The translations under genes and the position numbers were made by a program. Under the pieces are notes generated by a model. It was not told the origin of the DNA. It saw only the letters and a list, made by a program, of their open reading frames with translations, and did no database searches. Positions 1 to 11,600 of a DNA stretch of 64,000 bases are shown in pieces. Within the stretch, counting starts at the first letter, position 1. Each line of letters starts with the position of its first letter. The stretch is from NCBI GenBank assembly GCA_000165345.1, contig CM000434.1:128001-192000 (forward strand). The letters are read 5' to 3'.

Positions 1-483
1 AATATACTGTTAAACGAGAATATATATGCGTTCTTCTCCAATAACGTCTATTTTTAAAAGGCATTGTTTCACTTAGACTTCTTGATAAAACTAAGCTATA
101 AACTGTAAAATTATTTTTTTCATAACTTAAGTTATCTAAATATTTTGATTTTTCTGATTCTTCATTAATATCTTCATCTTTTCCAGGCATAAATAAAACC
201 CTTATTTCCACCCCATCTTTATTATCAAATTCACATTCGATTTCCTTTGAAAAATTTATTGTCTCCCCTTGATCTTCAATTAAGCCTTTAATTGTTCCAT
301 TTCCATCGCTATGAATTGTTAATGAGCCATAAATTGCATTTATTGCTATTATTTCATTTGAATGTATGCTTGAAAAATCTTCCACTTCAAATACTTCTGG
401 TCTTGATGGAGATTTAGGAATCCATATAACATTCGTTTTTATATATTCCTCAATAATTTCTTCATTTTCGTCTTCTTTATCCA
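1..483 (-). CDS. Partial ORF, hypothetical protein. ATG at 483-481; it reads MDKEDENEEIIEEYIKTNVIWIPKSP... and stays open to the window edge, so the 3' part lies outside the window.
   Basis: Manual translation of the minus strand from 483 gives about 160 codons with no stop before position 1. The composition is coding-like (charged and hydrophobic mix, not pure low complexity). It is absent from the supplied ORF track, probably because it has no stop inside the window. I recognise no family. Confidence 0.35.
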
Positions 484-1298
484 TAATTATATAACTTTAA
501 CATTTTATTATTATTATTTTTTATTATAATTATTTTTATTTATTTTTCTTAATTTGATTTATTATTGTCTGCCGCTTACTTGCACTTTCATTAAGAACTT
601 AGAAAAGTTTAAATTTTTTTGTTTAATGATTTTTTTTAATATAATTTTTAAAAAAAAAAATTTTAATAACTTAAATATTACTCAAACAAAATCATTAATT
701 TGCATCAAATTATTCCAATTTATTTAGCATGTTTTCTTTTTGGTTTATTAATTTCACATTATTCCAGTTAATACTCATTTATCCATCTGAGTTATCTAAA
801 AATAATTCCCTTCCCACAATATACTAATATTTAACTCTTTATCATTAACAAAATACAATATTAATGCTATTCATTAAATTTAAAGTATTTTAATCTCATT
901 TTCATTTTTAAACTTATAATGACTATTATTTTTGTCCACATTCTTTACCGCCTTTGCATGCAACATGCATTTATTATGAAAATGCAAACATTTTTTTATA
1001 CCGGTATTTTTATGTGGAAAGTATATTAGTCAAAAAATAACATAAAAAAATAATATTTAGGCTGGTATAATTATTTTTTTAATTAAATATTAGATAAATC
1101 AAAATATTCATAATTTTATTTATTAATAAGGAACGTTTGTAAATGAAATCTCTCAAGTCATAATTAAATGCAGGTATAAATTAAAGAATCTAATACAATA
1201 TATTATACTAATAATCGTATATTTATTAAATTATTTTGAGAAAAAAATTTGGGAATTTTTCAAAAAGTTTTCAATAAAATATAGTTAAAAAAAGAATT

Positions 1299-2939
1299 AT
1301 GAAACAAGATATCAATTATGGAAGGTTAAATAATATTCCTGAAAGTATTTCAAAGAAAAATACAAAAGTAACAACTCCAGTATATGATTATAATTCAAAT
1401 AAATATAGAAGAACAGAGAATATTATAGAAGAAAGTAATAGAGAAATAAACTATTATCCTATTGGATCACAATTAAGAGCAAAAGAATTAGGAAATATTA
1501 ATAAGATAGAAAATAAATACAAGGAAAAAAGACAAAAAAGTATATATAAAGTCCCAATTTCTGTTGAAGTGTGTATTAGATCAGATATTAACTTAATTCA
1601 AAATGAGAGTGATTCAAATGAATCACAGTTAAGCAGAAAATATTTAATACAAAGAATTAAAAAATATTTTTCATTACAAGCAAATGTTGAATTAGGAAAA
1701 GTCGATATTGATCAAATTGGTGATTCATTATTGAGAAAAGTATGTACTGATATAAATCTATCTTTAAACTACCCAATCCAGTCATTTGAAGAAAAATATA
1801 ATAATAATAGCCAATCAAATCCTCATAGTCAAAGAGAGGATAATGAAAATATCCCAATTTACCAAGCCGAATTCAATATATATACTTATCAACTTAATGA
1901 AAAGTCTGAAGAAGAATATTATATGGAAAGTAATACATCAGATGAAAAGAATACAGATCCTCCAATTTGGAAGTATTGGTCACTTCCAAATATAGAATTT
2001 CATGGATTATGGGATGTACTTCACTATGAAAATAATTTAAAGCAACAACTTATAGATTACACATCTACAAGCTTAATTTTAAGTGATTGTCAAATAGATT
2101 TTAATGTAATTAATTGGAATCATTTAATTTTATTGTATGGCTCTCCAGGAACAGGAAAAACTTCCATTTCTAGAGCAATTTCACAAAAAATTGGAATGAG
2201 ATATTGCCATAGGTACAAAAATATATATTTATTGGAAATTAGTGCACATTCACTATTTTCAAAATGGTTTTCAGAAAGTGGAAAAACTGTTGTAAAACTA
2301 TTCTCTAAAATTAAAAGCTTATTGGAAGAACCTGATTCTTTCGTAAATATTGTAATTGATGAAATTGAAAGTATTTCAACTGCAAGAAAACAAAGTTTAG
2401 GAAGAAATGAACCATCTGATAGTATTCGTGTTGTAAATGCATTGCTCACTCAAATTGATGCTTTAAAAAAATACTCAAATACACTAATTATGACAACCAC
2501 TAATATTCCAGATTCAATTGATGAAGCATTTTTAGACAGAGCTGATTTAAAGCTTCATATACCTCTTCCTTCAATCTATACCAGATATACCATTTTACTT
2601 GAATGCATTGAAGAACTCATATTCAAACAAGTCGTTTATTCAAAAAATAGTGATTTTATTAAAATTTTAAGCTTTAAAGAAATAATGAAATATTCAAATC
2701 ATACAGGAAATAATCAAATTGAAAATCCAAATAACTATGATCAACCCCAAATTAATATTTCTAAAAGTCTACTATATATATCAAAAGTTTCCGAGGGTTT
2801 TTCTGGAAGAAATTTAAGAAAGCTTCCATTTGTTTCCTTACTTTCTTCATATCATCATGGTATTCCTCTAGATATTCAAGTTTTTCTCGAAAAAATGAAG
2901 TATATTGTTGATGAAAAACCCGAAATGGTGAAAAGCTAA
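1299..2939 (+). CDS. PCH2: TRIP13/Pch2-family AAA+ ATPase (pachytene checkpoint protein 2 orthologue)
   Basis: Walker A LLYGSPGTGKTS, followed by HSLFSKWFSESGK, IVIDEIESISTARK, EPSDSIRVVNALLTQID, IMTTTNIPDSIDEAFLDRAD and SEGFSGRNLRKLPF. These blocks are near-identical to the conserved blocks of TRIP13/Pch2 as I recall them. ATG start at 1299 and TAA stop. Confidence 0.85.
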   Translation: MKQDINYGRLNNIPESISKKNTKVTTPVYDYNSNKYRRTENIIEESNREINYYPIGSQLRAKELGNINKIENKYKEKRQKSIYKVPISVEVCIRSDINLIQNESDSNESQLSRKYLIQRIKKYFSLQANVELGKVDIDQIGDSLLRKVCTDINLSLNYPIQSFEEKYNNNSQSNPHSQREDNENIPIYQAEFNIYTYQLNEKSEEEYYMESNTSDEKNTDPPIWKYWSLPNIEFHGLWDVLHYENNLKQQLIDYTSTSLILSDCQIDFNVINWNHLILLYGSPGTGKTSISRAISQKIGMRYCHRYKNIYLLEISAHSLFSKWFSESGKTVVKLFSKIKSLLEEPDSFVNIVIDEIESISTARKQSLGRNEPSDSIRVVNALLTQIDALKKYSNTLIMTTTNIPDSIDEAFLDRADLKLHIPLPSIYTRYTILLECIEELIFKQVVYSKNSDFIKILSFKEIMKYSNHTGNNQIENPNNYDQPQINISKSLLYISKVSEGFSGRNLRKLPFVSLLSSYHHGIPLDIQVFLEKMKYIVDEKPEMVKS

Positions 2940-3505
2940 TTTTATTATTATATTTTTATATAAATATAATAATAAATTCACATATTCATTATTCTTCTAC
3001 TTCATTCATGGGAAAACAAATAATTTAATGAAAATCATAAACTAATTCACATTTTTTTATTACATGTTTAAATTCTCAGCCTACCGATTATTTCTCAGCA
3101 TGCTGAATTACACTAAGATCAACATCAGCGCTTCCCGCCTAAATTAATTGTCACAGTTTACCACAATAAATAGTAAAATGGGGTACCGAATAATATAAAA
3201 TAAATAATTGAAGTATAAATAAATATTGGAATATCAATAATTAATGTAATACACTTTTTTTAAACGAATCAAGAGGGTGGACAGGAAGCGGAAAATACAA
3301 TCAATAATATAAATAGACCAAAAGTATTCTAAAAAACTTTTCTGAGTTAAAGAGTTTCAAAATTCTATTATATTTAATAAGGGAAGCTGATAATCGCTTT
3401 AAGCAATAGTTTGATTGGAAATACTATACGGTCACCAATTTTTGAAGATTGGAATTTCTTGATCTGTAAATAGAACAAGTAATAACCTGTAAGTATTTAA
3501 AAAAA

Positions 3506-6481
3506 ATGAGCTCAGAAACAAATAAAATATGGACAGGAGATGAGGTTCGAAGACAATTCGTGAAATACTTTGAGGGATTAGATCATACATTCTACAGATC
3601 TTCACCAGTAATTCCTTTGAATGATCCAACAATACTGTTTATTAATGCTGGAATGAATCAATTTAAGTCCATATTCTTAGGAACTGTTGAACCAAATTCT
3701 GAACTAAGCAAATTGGTTAGAGTTGCAAATTCTCAAAAATGTATTAGAGCTGGTGGGAAACATAACGATTTAGATGATGTAGGTAAAGATGTATATCATC
3801 ATACATTTTTTGAAATGTTAGGATCATGGTCATTTGGAGATTATTTTAAAGAAGAAGCGATTGAATGGGCATTTAAACTTTTGACTCAAGTATATGGAAT
3901 TCCAAAAGATAGATTATATGCAACTTATTTTGGAGGAGATCCTAAATTACCATCATGTCCACCTGATGAAGAGGCCAAAAGAATATGGTTGAAATACTTG
4001 CCAGAAGATAGAATTCTATCTTGCGGTAGCAAAGAAAACTTCTGGGAAATGGCTGATACCGGTCCATGTGGCCCATGTTCTGAAATACATTATGATCGAA
4101 TTGGAGGAAGAGATGCAATATCATTAGTTAATAAGGATGATCCCGACGTTATTGAAATTTGGAATCTTGTATTTATGCAATATTATAGAGAAGTTGATAG
4201 TACATTAACACCTTTACCTAAAAAATGTGTTGATACTGGTATGGGATTAGAAAGATTGGTTTCAATCTTACAAAATAAAACAAGCAATTACGATATTGAT
4301 TTGTTTAAACCCATTTTTGATCAAATTCATCAAGTAATTTCCTCATCTGGAGTACAGATTCCACGTTATTCTGGAAAAGTTGGTGATATTGATGATCCTG
4401 AAATGATTGATATGTCATACAGAGTTATTTCTGACCATATTAGAACTTTAACTATTGCAATTGCAGACGGTTGTATTCCAAGTAATGAAGGAAGAGGATA
4501 CGTTTTAAGAAGAATTCTAAGAAGAGCTATTAGATATGGATCTCAGTATTTAAAGGCTGGATCTAACGGAGAACCTTGGTTTTATAAATTAGTTGACAGT
4601 GTTTCAAATATTATGGGCAATTATTATAAAGAGATACCAGAAAATATTCAAATTATTAAAGAAGTTATTTTAGATGAAGAAAAACAGTTCTCTAAAACAT
4701 TGTTTAAAGGAACTGAAAGATTTAACAAGGTTATTAATAAGTTAAAGTCTTCTCAAAACAATCAGCAAGACCAGAATAAAAAACTATTCCCAGCTAGTGA
4801 AGCTTTCCAATTATATTCTACATATGGATTCCCAATGGACTTAACAGAATTAATGGCTAATGAACAAGGCTTTGATTTTGACCGTCAGGGATTTCAATTA
4901 TGTATGGAAAACCATCATTTAGCTTCAGAAGGTAAAAATAACAAGTCATTTGACGATTTAATTCTCAAACCTGATATTCAAAATAACTTACTTCTAGAAT
5001 TTGGATTAAAAGAAACTGATGATCAATACAAATATCAATCTCAAACTCAAATTAAAGACTTTTACTCTAATTTGATTGCTATTTTTGATGGAAATCAATT
5101 ATTAAACGCTACTGAAATACAAGGTAAAGTTATTGGATTAATTTTTGATAAAACCACATTCTATTCAGAATCTGGAGGACAAGTTGCTGATACTGGTTTT
5201 ATTGATTTTCAATACAATAACAATGATGAAGTCAGTATATTCCAAGTAATTGATTGTAAAAAATTTGGAAATTATGTATTACATATTGGTATATTATTGC
5301 AAGGAAAAATTGAAATTAGTCCAGAATTAAAATCTTTAATGTCTGTTGATTATTCTAGAAGAAATCTCATTAAAAAGAATCATACTGGTACTCATATCTT
5401 AAATTTTGCATTAAGACAAATACTTGGTAGCACATGCGATCAAAGAGGTTCTGTTGTTGACCCTAATAAATTAAGATTTGATTTCTCATCTCAAAAGCCC
5501 TTAACTTTGGATCAAATTGAGGAAATTGAAAAAATGATTAATCAAATTATCCAAGAAAAACAAACAGTTTATTGTCAGACTGTTGAATTATCTATAGCTA
5601 AGCAAATACCCAACATTAGAGCAATCTTTGGTGAAACTTATCCAGATCCTGTACGTGTATTATCTGTAAGTAAATCTGTGGATTCTTTAATTAATTCTCA
5701 AACAGATAATAATGATCAAGAAAAAGTATCTATTGAATTTTGTGGAGGTACCCATGTTGAAAATACTAGTGAAATTATTTCATTTTCTATTATAAGTGAA
5801 GAAGGCATTGCAAAAGGTATTAGAAGAATTGTAGCAGTTACTGATAATCAATCTGAAATTGCTATTGAAAATGCTAAAAGGCTCAAACAAGAATTTAAAA
5901 AACTTGAAGAATTAAATGGCAAGGAACTTGAGACTTTATTAAATTCTTTCAAATCTAAATTAGATGAAACTAAATTATTACCTTTATTATATAGAAGACA
6001 ATTATCTCAAATTATTGAAGAAAATTATAAGAGAGTTATTGCAGATGCTAAAAAGAAACAAAAAGAAAGATTAAATATGGCTAAAGAATTGGCAACAAAA
6101 ATTGGACAAGAATATTCTCAACAGTTATCTTCAAATAATGAATTTCCAGCTTTAATTTTGAACATTAAACAAATTCAAGGAGATTCTAAGTCTATGGATG
6201 TTATCGGACAAGATATTTCAAAGAAATACCCTGAAGCTCCCATTATGCTTTTTACATCTGGAGAATTTAATGATAATGGAGTTTCTGTTATTTCTATTAT
6301 GCCAAAATCTAAATCTGATAAATTATCTTCATCTAACTGGCTTAAATCTACAATTGAGTTATGTAATGGTAAATGTGGAGGAACAGATCTAAGATCTGTT
6401 GGATCTTCAAAGACAGGATCTGAATCAATTGAATCAATGATTCAACTTGCTTTAGACCTTTTAAAGAAAAATGGTATTTAA
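3506..6481 (+). CDS. Alanyl-tRNA synthetase (cytosolic-type AlaRS), 991 aa
   Basis: The N-terminus has PTILFINAGMNQFK, KCIRAGGKHNDLDDVGKDVYHHTFFEMLGSWSFGDYFK and FWEMADTGPCGPCSEIHYD. The editing domain has HTGTHILNFALRQ. The C-Ala region has CGGTHV and GGKCGG. This is the full-length class II AlaRS architecture. Confidence 0.95.
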   Translation: MSSETNKIWTGDEVRRQFVKYFEGLDHTFYRSSPVIPLNDPTILFINAGMNQFKSIFLGTVEPNSELSKLVRVANSQKCIRAGGKHNDLDDVGKDVYHHTFFEMLGSWSFGDYFKEEAIEWAFKLLTQVYGIPKDRLYATYFGGDPKLPSCPPDEEAKRIWLKYLPEDRILSCGSKENFWEMADTGPCGPCSEIHYDRIGGRDAISLVNKDDPDVIEIWNLVFMQYYREVDSTLTPLPKKCVDTGMGLERLVSILQNKTSNYDIDLFKPIFDQIHQVISSSGVQIPRYSGKVGDIDDPEMIDMSYRVISDHIRTLTIAIADGCIPSNEGRGYVLRRILRRAIRYGSQYLKAGSNGEPWFYKLVDSVSNIMGNYYKEIPENIQIIKEVILDEEKQFSKTLFKGTERFNKVINKLKSSQNNQQDQNKKLFPASEAFQLYSTYGFPMDLTELMANEQGFDFDRQGFQLCMENHHLASEGKNNKSFDDLILKPDIQNNLLLEFGLKETDDQYKYQSQTQIKDFYSNLIAIFDGNQLLNATEIQGKVIGLIFDKTTFYSESGGQVADTGFIDFQYNNNDEVSIFQVIDCKKFGNYVLHIGILLQGKIEISPELKSLMSVDYSRRNLIKKNHTGTHILNFALRQILGSTCDQRGSVVDPNKLRFDFSSQKPLTLDQIEEIEKMINQIIQEKQTVYCQTVELSIAKQIPNIRAIFGETYPDPVRVLSVSKSVDSLINSQTDNNDQEKVSIEFCGGTHVENTSEIISFSIISEEGIAKGIRRIVAVTDNQSEIAIENAKRLKQEFKKLEELNGKELETLLNSFKSKLDETKLLPLLYRRQLSQIIEENYKRVIADAKKKQKERLNMAKELATKIGQEYSQQLSSNNEFPALILNIKQIQGDSKSMDVIGQDISKKYPEAPIMLFTSGEFNDNGVSVISIMPKSKSDKLSSSNWLKSTIELCNGKCGGTDLRSVGSSKTGSESIESMIQLALDLLKKNGI

Positions 6482-6981
6482 ATCATATTTTTATATCAAA
6501 TAAGGATCTTTATATAGATAGAGGATTGTAGTTAAAACAAGTAGACTTTTAAAATATCTTTTATTTTAATTCATTCTATTTCTTTTTTTTATAGACAATT
6601 TTACTTTTATTATTATGTTAATTTGAATCCAAAATATAAAACATCTATTCAAGACAATTAGTGGCAAACAAATCCTTTTCTTTTTTATATTCTGAAAAAA
6701 AATCAGTTTTAAAGTATCGAAACAAATTAACATATTAAAAAGATACGAGAATAAAAGAATGGTTATAGCTGCTTAGTCTAATAATTCTATGGCTATTAAA
6801 TATTTGAACTATATTTAATATATTGAATGAATATATACTTCAATTAAATCTAAGATGAAAATAATAAGAAATTATATCACATATTAGACTTTGTCAATAT
6901 ATTATTAATATAGGGACTCTATTCTCACAAATTAAAGAAACAGAGACCATAGAAGAATCATAATAACTTGTTGATTTGAAT

Positions 6982-7401
6982 TTAAACAATAGAAGGAGCA
7001 GCAGCAGAGACCTTTGGCCATAATTCTGCGCATTCCTTACCAACTGGACCAGTAATAGCAGAACCTTTCATTTCTCCCTTTGGATTAACAATTACACCTG
7101 CATTATCCTCAAAGTAAAGGAAGGTACCCTCAGGTCTTCTAAAAGCTTTACGTTGACGTACAATAACAGCTGGCCATACCTTCTTTCTCAATTCTGGTTT
7201 ACCCTTCTTAACAGTTGCCAACACCATATCACCAATAGATGCTGATGGTAGACGGTTTAAGCATGATCCGGTACCTTTAACTGCTATGATGTATAAGTTT
7301 TTACCACCACTATTATCACAACAATTTATAAGAGCACCAACATTCAAACCGAGAGTAATTCTCATCTTAGCACCACCTGCAGCACCTCTTCCTCTCTTCA
7401 T
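6982..7401 (-). CDS. RPL23: 60S ribosomal protein L23 (uL14), 139 aa
   Basis: [43 protein letters not shown]...[57 protein letters not shown] aligns end to end with eukaryotic RPL23. Confidence 0.95.
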   Translation of the reverse strand: MKRGRGAAGGAKMRITLGLNVGALINCCDNSGGKNLYIIAVKGTGSCLNRLPSASIGDMVLATVKKGKPELRKKVWPAVIVRQRKAFRRPEGTFLYFEDNAGVIVNPKGEMKGSAITGPVGKECAELWPKVSAAAPSIV

Positions 7402-7583
7402 CTTTTCTAAATATAAACTATATTAATGAAGCTGGAAATAAGTTTTTGATTTAATTAGGATAATCTTAATTTTTTGGGATTATTTTAATCTAATCTCCAA
7501 AGAAATTATTCTAGTTGTTACAAGATTATTAATATTGTTTTATTAATTAAAGAATTGATTAGCGCTGAAAATAACAATATATT

Positions 7584-7609
7584 AATTATTATTATTATTA
7601 TTATTATTA
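7584..7609. repeat. (ATT)n microsatellite in the RPL23/CPSF100 intergenic region
   Basis: A run of about 8 ATT units seen directly in the sequence. Confidence 0.8.
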
Positions 7610-7666
7610 ATATTATCAGTTTAATGCTAATTTGAATTTGTTCTAATATTTATTTTGAGACAATTT

Positions 7667-7676
7667 TTGGGCGCCA
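7667..7676. promoter_or_regulatory. E2F-like site TTGGGCGCCA, about 270 bp upstream of RPL23
   Basis: GC-rich GGCGCC core in an intergenic region that is otherwise more than 80% AT. The same core recurs upstream of many genes in this window. Confidence 0.5.
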
Positions 7677-7919
7677 TTTTTATTTTACAAAAATTTTATT
7701 TTATGATGACAATTATTACTTGTACAAAATTTACTAATTAATTAAATATTTATAATACTTATATTACCATTATTTATTTTTCACAAAATTTCTGAGACAT
7801 TATTTAACCTACTTTTAATTAAATATTAACATATTTGGAAGACGTATGCGTGACGGTACCTATTATTGTGTCTTTTTTGTGAAGACTTTTTTAAGGAAAG
7901 TGGAGGGGGTTAGCATTCA

Positions 7920-7992
7920 TGGTATTTTGACGCCAATTTGGCGGTAATATATTTGCAAATGGCGGTAACTTGGAACTTTAACAAATGTCAGC
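7920..7992. promoter_or_regulatory. Three spaced copies of GGCGGTAA / GCGGTAA (tttggcggtaatat ... aatggcggtaactt ... gtcagcggtaaaa) upstream of CPSF100
   Basis: Direct repeat of an 8-mer at roughly 30-bp spacing in the intergenic region. It is preceded by the G-rich stretch gtggagggggttagc. Confidence 0.4.
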
Positions 7993-8636
7993 GGTAAAAA
8001 ATTATATATTGTATGTAAATATATTATTTCTAAAATTAATAAAAATATTTTGAATATAAATAATTTATCATAAATTGTTTAAATTTAGAAATAGGCTTAT
8101 TCACTTAAAAAATTGTAATCTATAATATACACATATAATTCTTTTCAAATAATTGAGCAAAAATTGATTATTTATAGTTCTTACAATAATATATTTATAT
8201 CTTCAAAAATTGCACATTATTACACACTTTTTTAAATAAAATATAATTTTGACAAAAAGTAATAATGAAAAGGCGGGCTACAGTCGAATTTTAATTAATT
8301 GTGATCATGTAAAAAAAAAAATAATAAAATAGTAAATAAATATTCAAATATACTTTCATTACTATTTAGTAATTATTTGTATATTTCAATAAAATAAAAG
8401 AAGCAATCCAAGTAATTTACTAAGTTAAAGATTGTTTATTTAAAAGATCAGTAACTATTGATATTTTAGATAAATAATAATTAAAGGTAAAAAGGTATCG
8501 ATATTTTAAATCAATTATTATTTATTTATTACAAATATATACATATATATTTGTTTAAATATATTTTAGTAATAATTATTATTTATAATTATTACTTATG
8601 ACCGATTTTTATTGAGTATTTATTATTGTTTATCTT

Positions 8637-11600
8637 ATGATAAATATATCTTTAAAACCAATATGTAGTGGCGTAATTAAAGGTAACGCCCTACGTATTA
8701 ATAATTGTCTAATTTGGTTTGATTTTGGTATAGAAAATGAGTCTAAATTTGATAGATCAGCTTTATTAGATTTGGAATTACCACATTTAATATTACTAAC
8801 AAATTTTCCAAAAACATTTATTGGTGGTTTACCAATTTTACATAAATTATTAACAGAAAAAGGGATATCATGTAAAATTCCTGTAATTTGTACTGAACCA
8901 ATATTTAGATTTGGAAATAATATATTGTGTGATATTATACAAAGTATGAGTATTAGAGATCAAGAAAGAGGATTACAATATACTTGTGATAAGGAAGATA
9001 ATAAAGGATTTAAACAATTACCCTTCACAAATGAAGATATTGAAGGAATCCTTGGTGAAAATGTTTGTAGGTTAAGATATTATCAATCATTTAATATTCA
9101 ACTTTTACATAATGATAATAATATGAATGATGATAATTCTTCTTTAACAAGTATTAATTTAAAAGCATTACCAAGTGGTTTTGAACTTGGTTCTACTATT
9201 TGGAGTATGACAATTAATTCAATTTCTGATAGTTGGGAATTCGTTTATGTAAGTGAGGTAGCTTCTCATCCATATTGGCATGTTACTCCATCAGATTTGG
9301 GTAGATTGAATAAACCAGATTTATTAATGCTTGGAGTTAATACTAGTAATATATTAAAAATACCAAATAATTTATCTTTTTCAATGAGCTCAGATTTTGG
9401 TAATGATTTCAAGAAATGCAATAATCGTTTAATTTCTATTAAGAAATTTGTGAATACTATTTTAGATTGTATTAAAAAGAATAAAACAGGTACAATATTA
9501 ATACCAATGCAATTGGATAGTTTATTGCTAGAAATATTATGTTATTTGGATGCTATTTGGAATAAAGGAAAGATTTTATATCCAATTTTTGTTACTTCAC
9601 CATTAATTAAATCATTTTTATTATCTGTTAAAACTTTGATTGAATGGATGAGTTTAGAAATAAGATCAGAATTTTGTGATTCAAGATTTAATCCATTCCA
9701 TGATTTAAAGAATATTATACTTGAAACAAATCTTAAGAATATAAGAAGTGAAAATTTATCAAAAGTACCAAAAGTTATATTTGCTTTTCCTGAATCTATG
9801 GATTATGGTTATTCCAGAGAACTATTTACTGAATTAGCAACAAATGAAAATAATACCATTATGTTTGTTAGGGAGCCAAAAGAAAACACATTTGCTCATT
9901 ATATTTGGAATAAAGAACTTGAATTACGTAGATCTGATCAATCTTGTATACATTCTTTAATTCACTCTGACAACCATAGTATTCAAATTCCTACAAATAT
10001 TCTTGAGAATAATCATGAATTATCATACTCCATTGAACTTCCCATGATTAGATTTACACCTTATAGACAAGATGAGCTTTATGCAATGTACCTTTCACAT
10101 AAAGAGTCTAATAATGCTGGTAATAATTTAAACCAAAATTCTGACGATATTAACAAAAAGCTGGATGACCAAGGTGTTAATTCTGCAAATTTAGAATTAG
10201 ATAATGGTGATATTAAGTTGGAAGATTGTGATATTAATAAAAAAGATGTTGAGATGAATATTGAGAATGAATCCACTAGTATATATAATGATGATAATCA
10301 TTGTAATAATGATAATAATAATACTGATATTGTTTGTAATAACAATGAGTTGAATAATAAAACATCATATTCTTGTATCTTGTTATCTTCAAATAATAAC
10401 AATTCTGATAATTGTGTTAAAAATGATGATATGAGTAATATAAATAATAATGGTATTGACTATGTTAATGATCAAAATGTTAGTTCTTCTATTCAAACGC
10501 AAATCGAGTTTTTAAGATCAAAATTAGTTCCTGTAAATGTTGATGATGAGCTTTTGAATTTAAATTCACTTTCATCGTCTTCTTCAAGTTCGTCTTCAAC
10601 ATCATCATCATCTTCTTCTTCTTCTTCTTCTTCTTCATCTTCTTCTTCATCTTCTTCATCAAATTTCCATATCTCTGGTCAAAATTCTTCAACAAAACAA
10701 ACAAAGGACGATTATGGATGCTTATTAGATGAACAAACATTGCAATCTATCATTGATTCTTGGAAAGATGCATCTAGTGACCTTGACATTTCATCATATA
10801 ATTTGAAATTAAATGACGAAGTTGTAAAAGATAATAAGTTGAAATTAGATTCAGTTGGTAATGATTCATCGATCATCTCGAGCTTTGATAACTCTAATAA
10901 TAATGATGATAGTAATAATAACAAAATTCGTATTTTGGCCCCGAAAAGAAGAAGAAATGTTGATAGAATATCAAATATCAAAGACGATGTATTACCAGAA
11001 ATAAAGGAAGGAGAAGTAACTCTTGATTCCAATGGAAATTCTGATCCAATTTTGAATAGAAACACAAAACTTGGTGGAAGATTGTCAAGCATGCTAAGCA
11101 TTGACAGTAACAATACAGCTTTTGCAAATAATATTCCAGAATGGAGAATTCATTTTAGACAAATTTTGGGTGGTACTGAACCTTTTAGAATTACTCATGA
11201 AATGAGCAAGATTGAAGTTAGATCAAGAGTAATATTAACTGATGGTTTGGAGCTTAAGAATGAAATATCATCATTATTACCATTATTGAATTGTTCAAAT
11301 CCAAAAACAATTATATTAGTTTCTGATTGTAAGGACTCTAAAGAGGAGAATATTTTAAAATATTATAAATCTATATTAATGTCACTTCCAAATTCTCCAA
11401 AGAATATTGTTTCTTCGAAAATTGATGATAACAATTTGATTGAATTTACTTTGGATGAAAGTGTTGAAATTGTTTCATTTGATAACTCAGTGTGGGATGA
11501 AGTTTCAACAGGAGGTTTTCAGCTTGTACAAAATGGTTCAGCTCCTTCAGCTGCTTTACAAGAGTCTTCATTAAATAACAATAGAAAAAACGAAATTTCA

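Noticed and set aside
1657-2449. Small ORFs (66-109 aa) inside or antisense to the TRIP13 gene. Similar nested ORFs occur at 3432-3632, 3942-4124, 10079-11113, 13087-13305, 14647-14874, 31015-32733, 38561-38884, 42406-43203 and 57568-58838.
   Set aside because: All lie within or opposite well-supported long genes. They show AT-rich, Leu/Ile/Phe/Lys-dominated composition and lack conserved motifs. These are the spurious ORFs one expects in AT-rich DNA.
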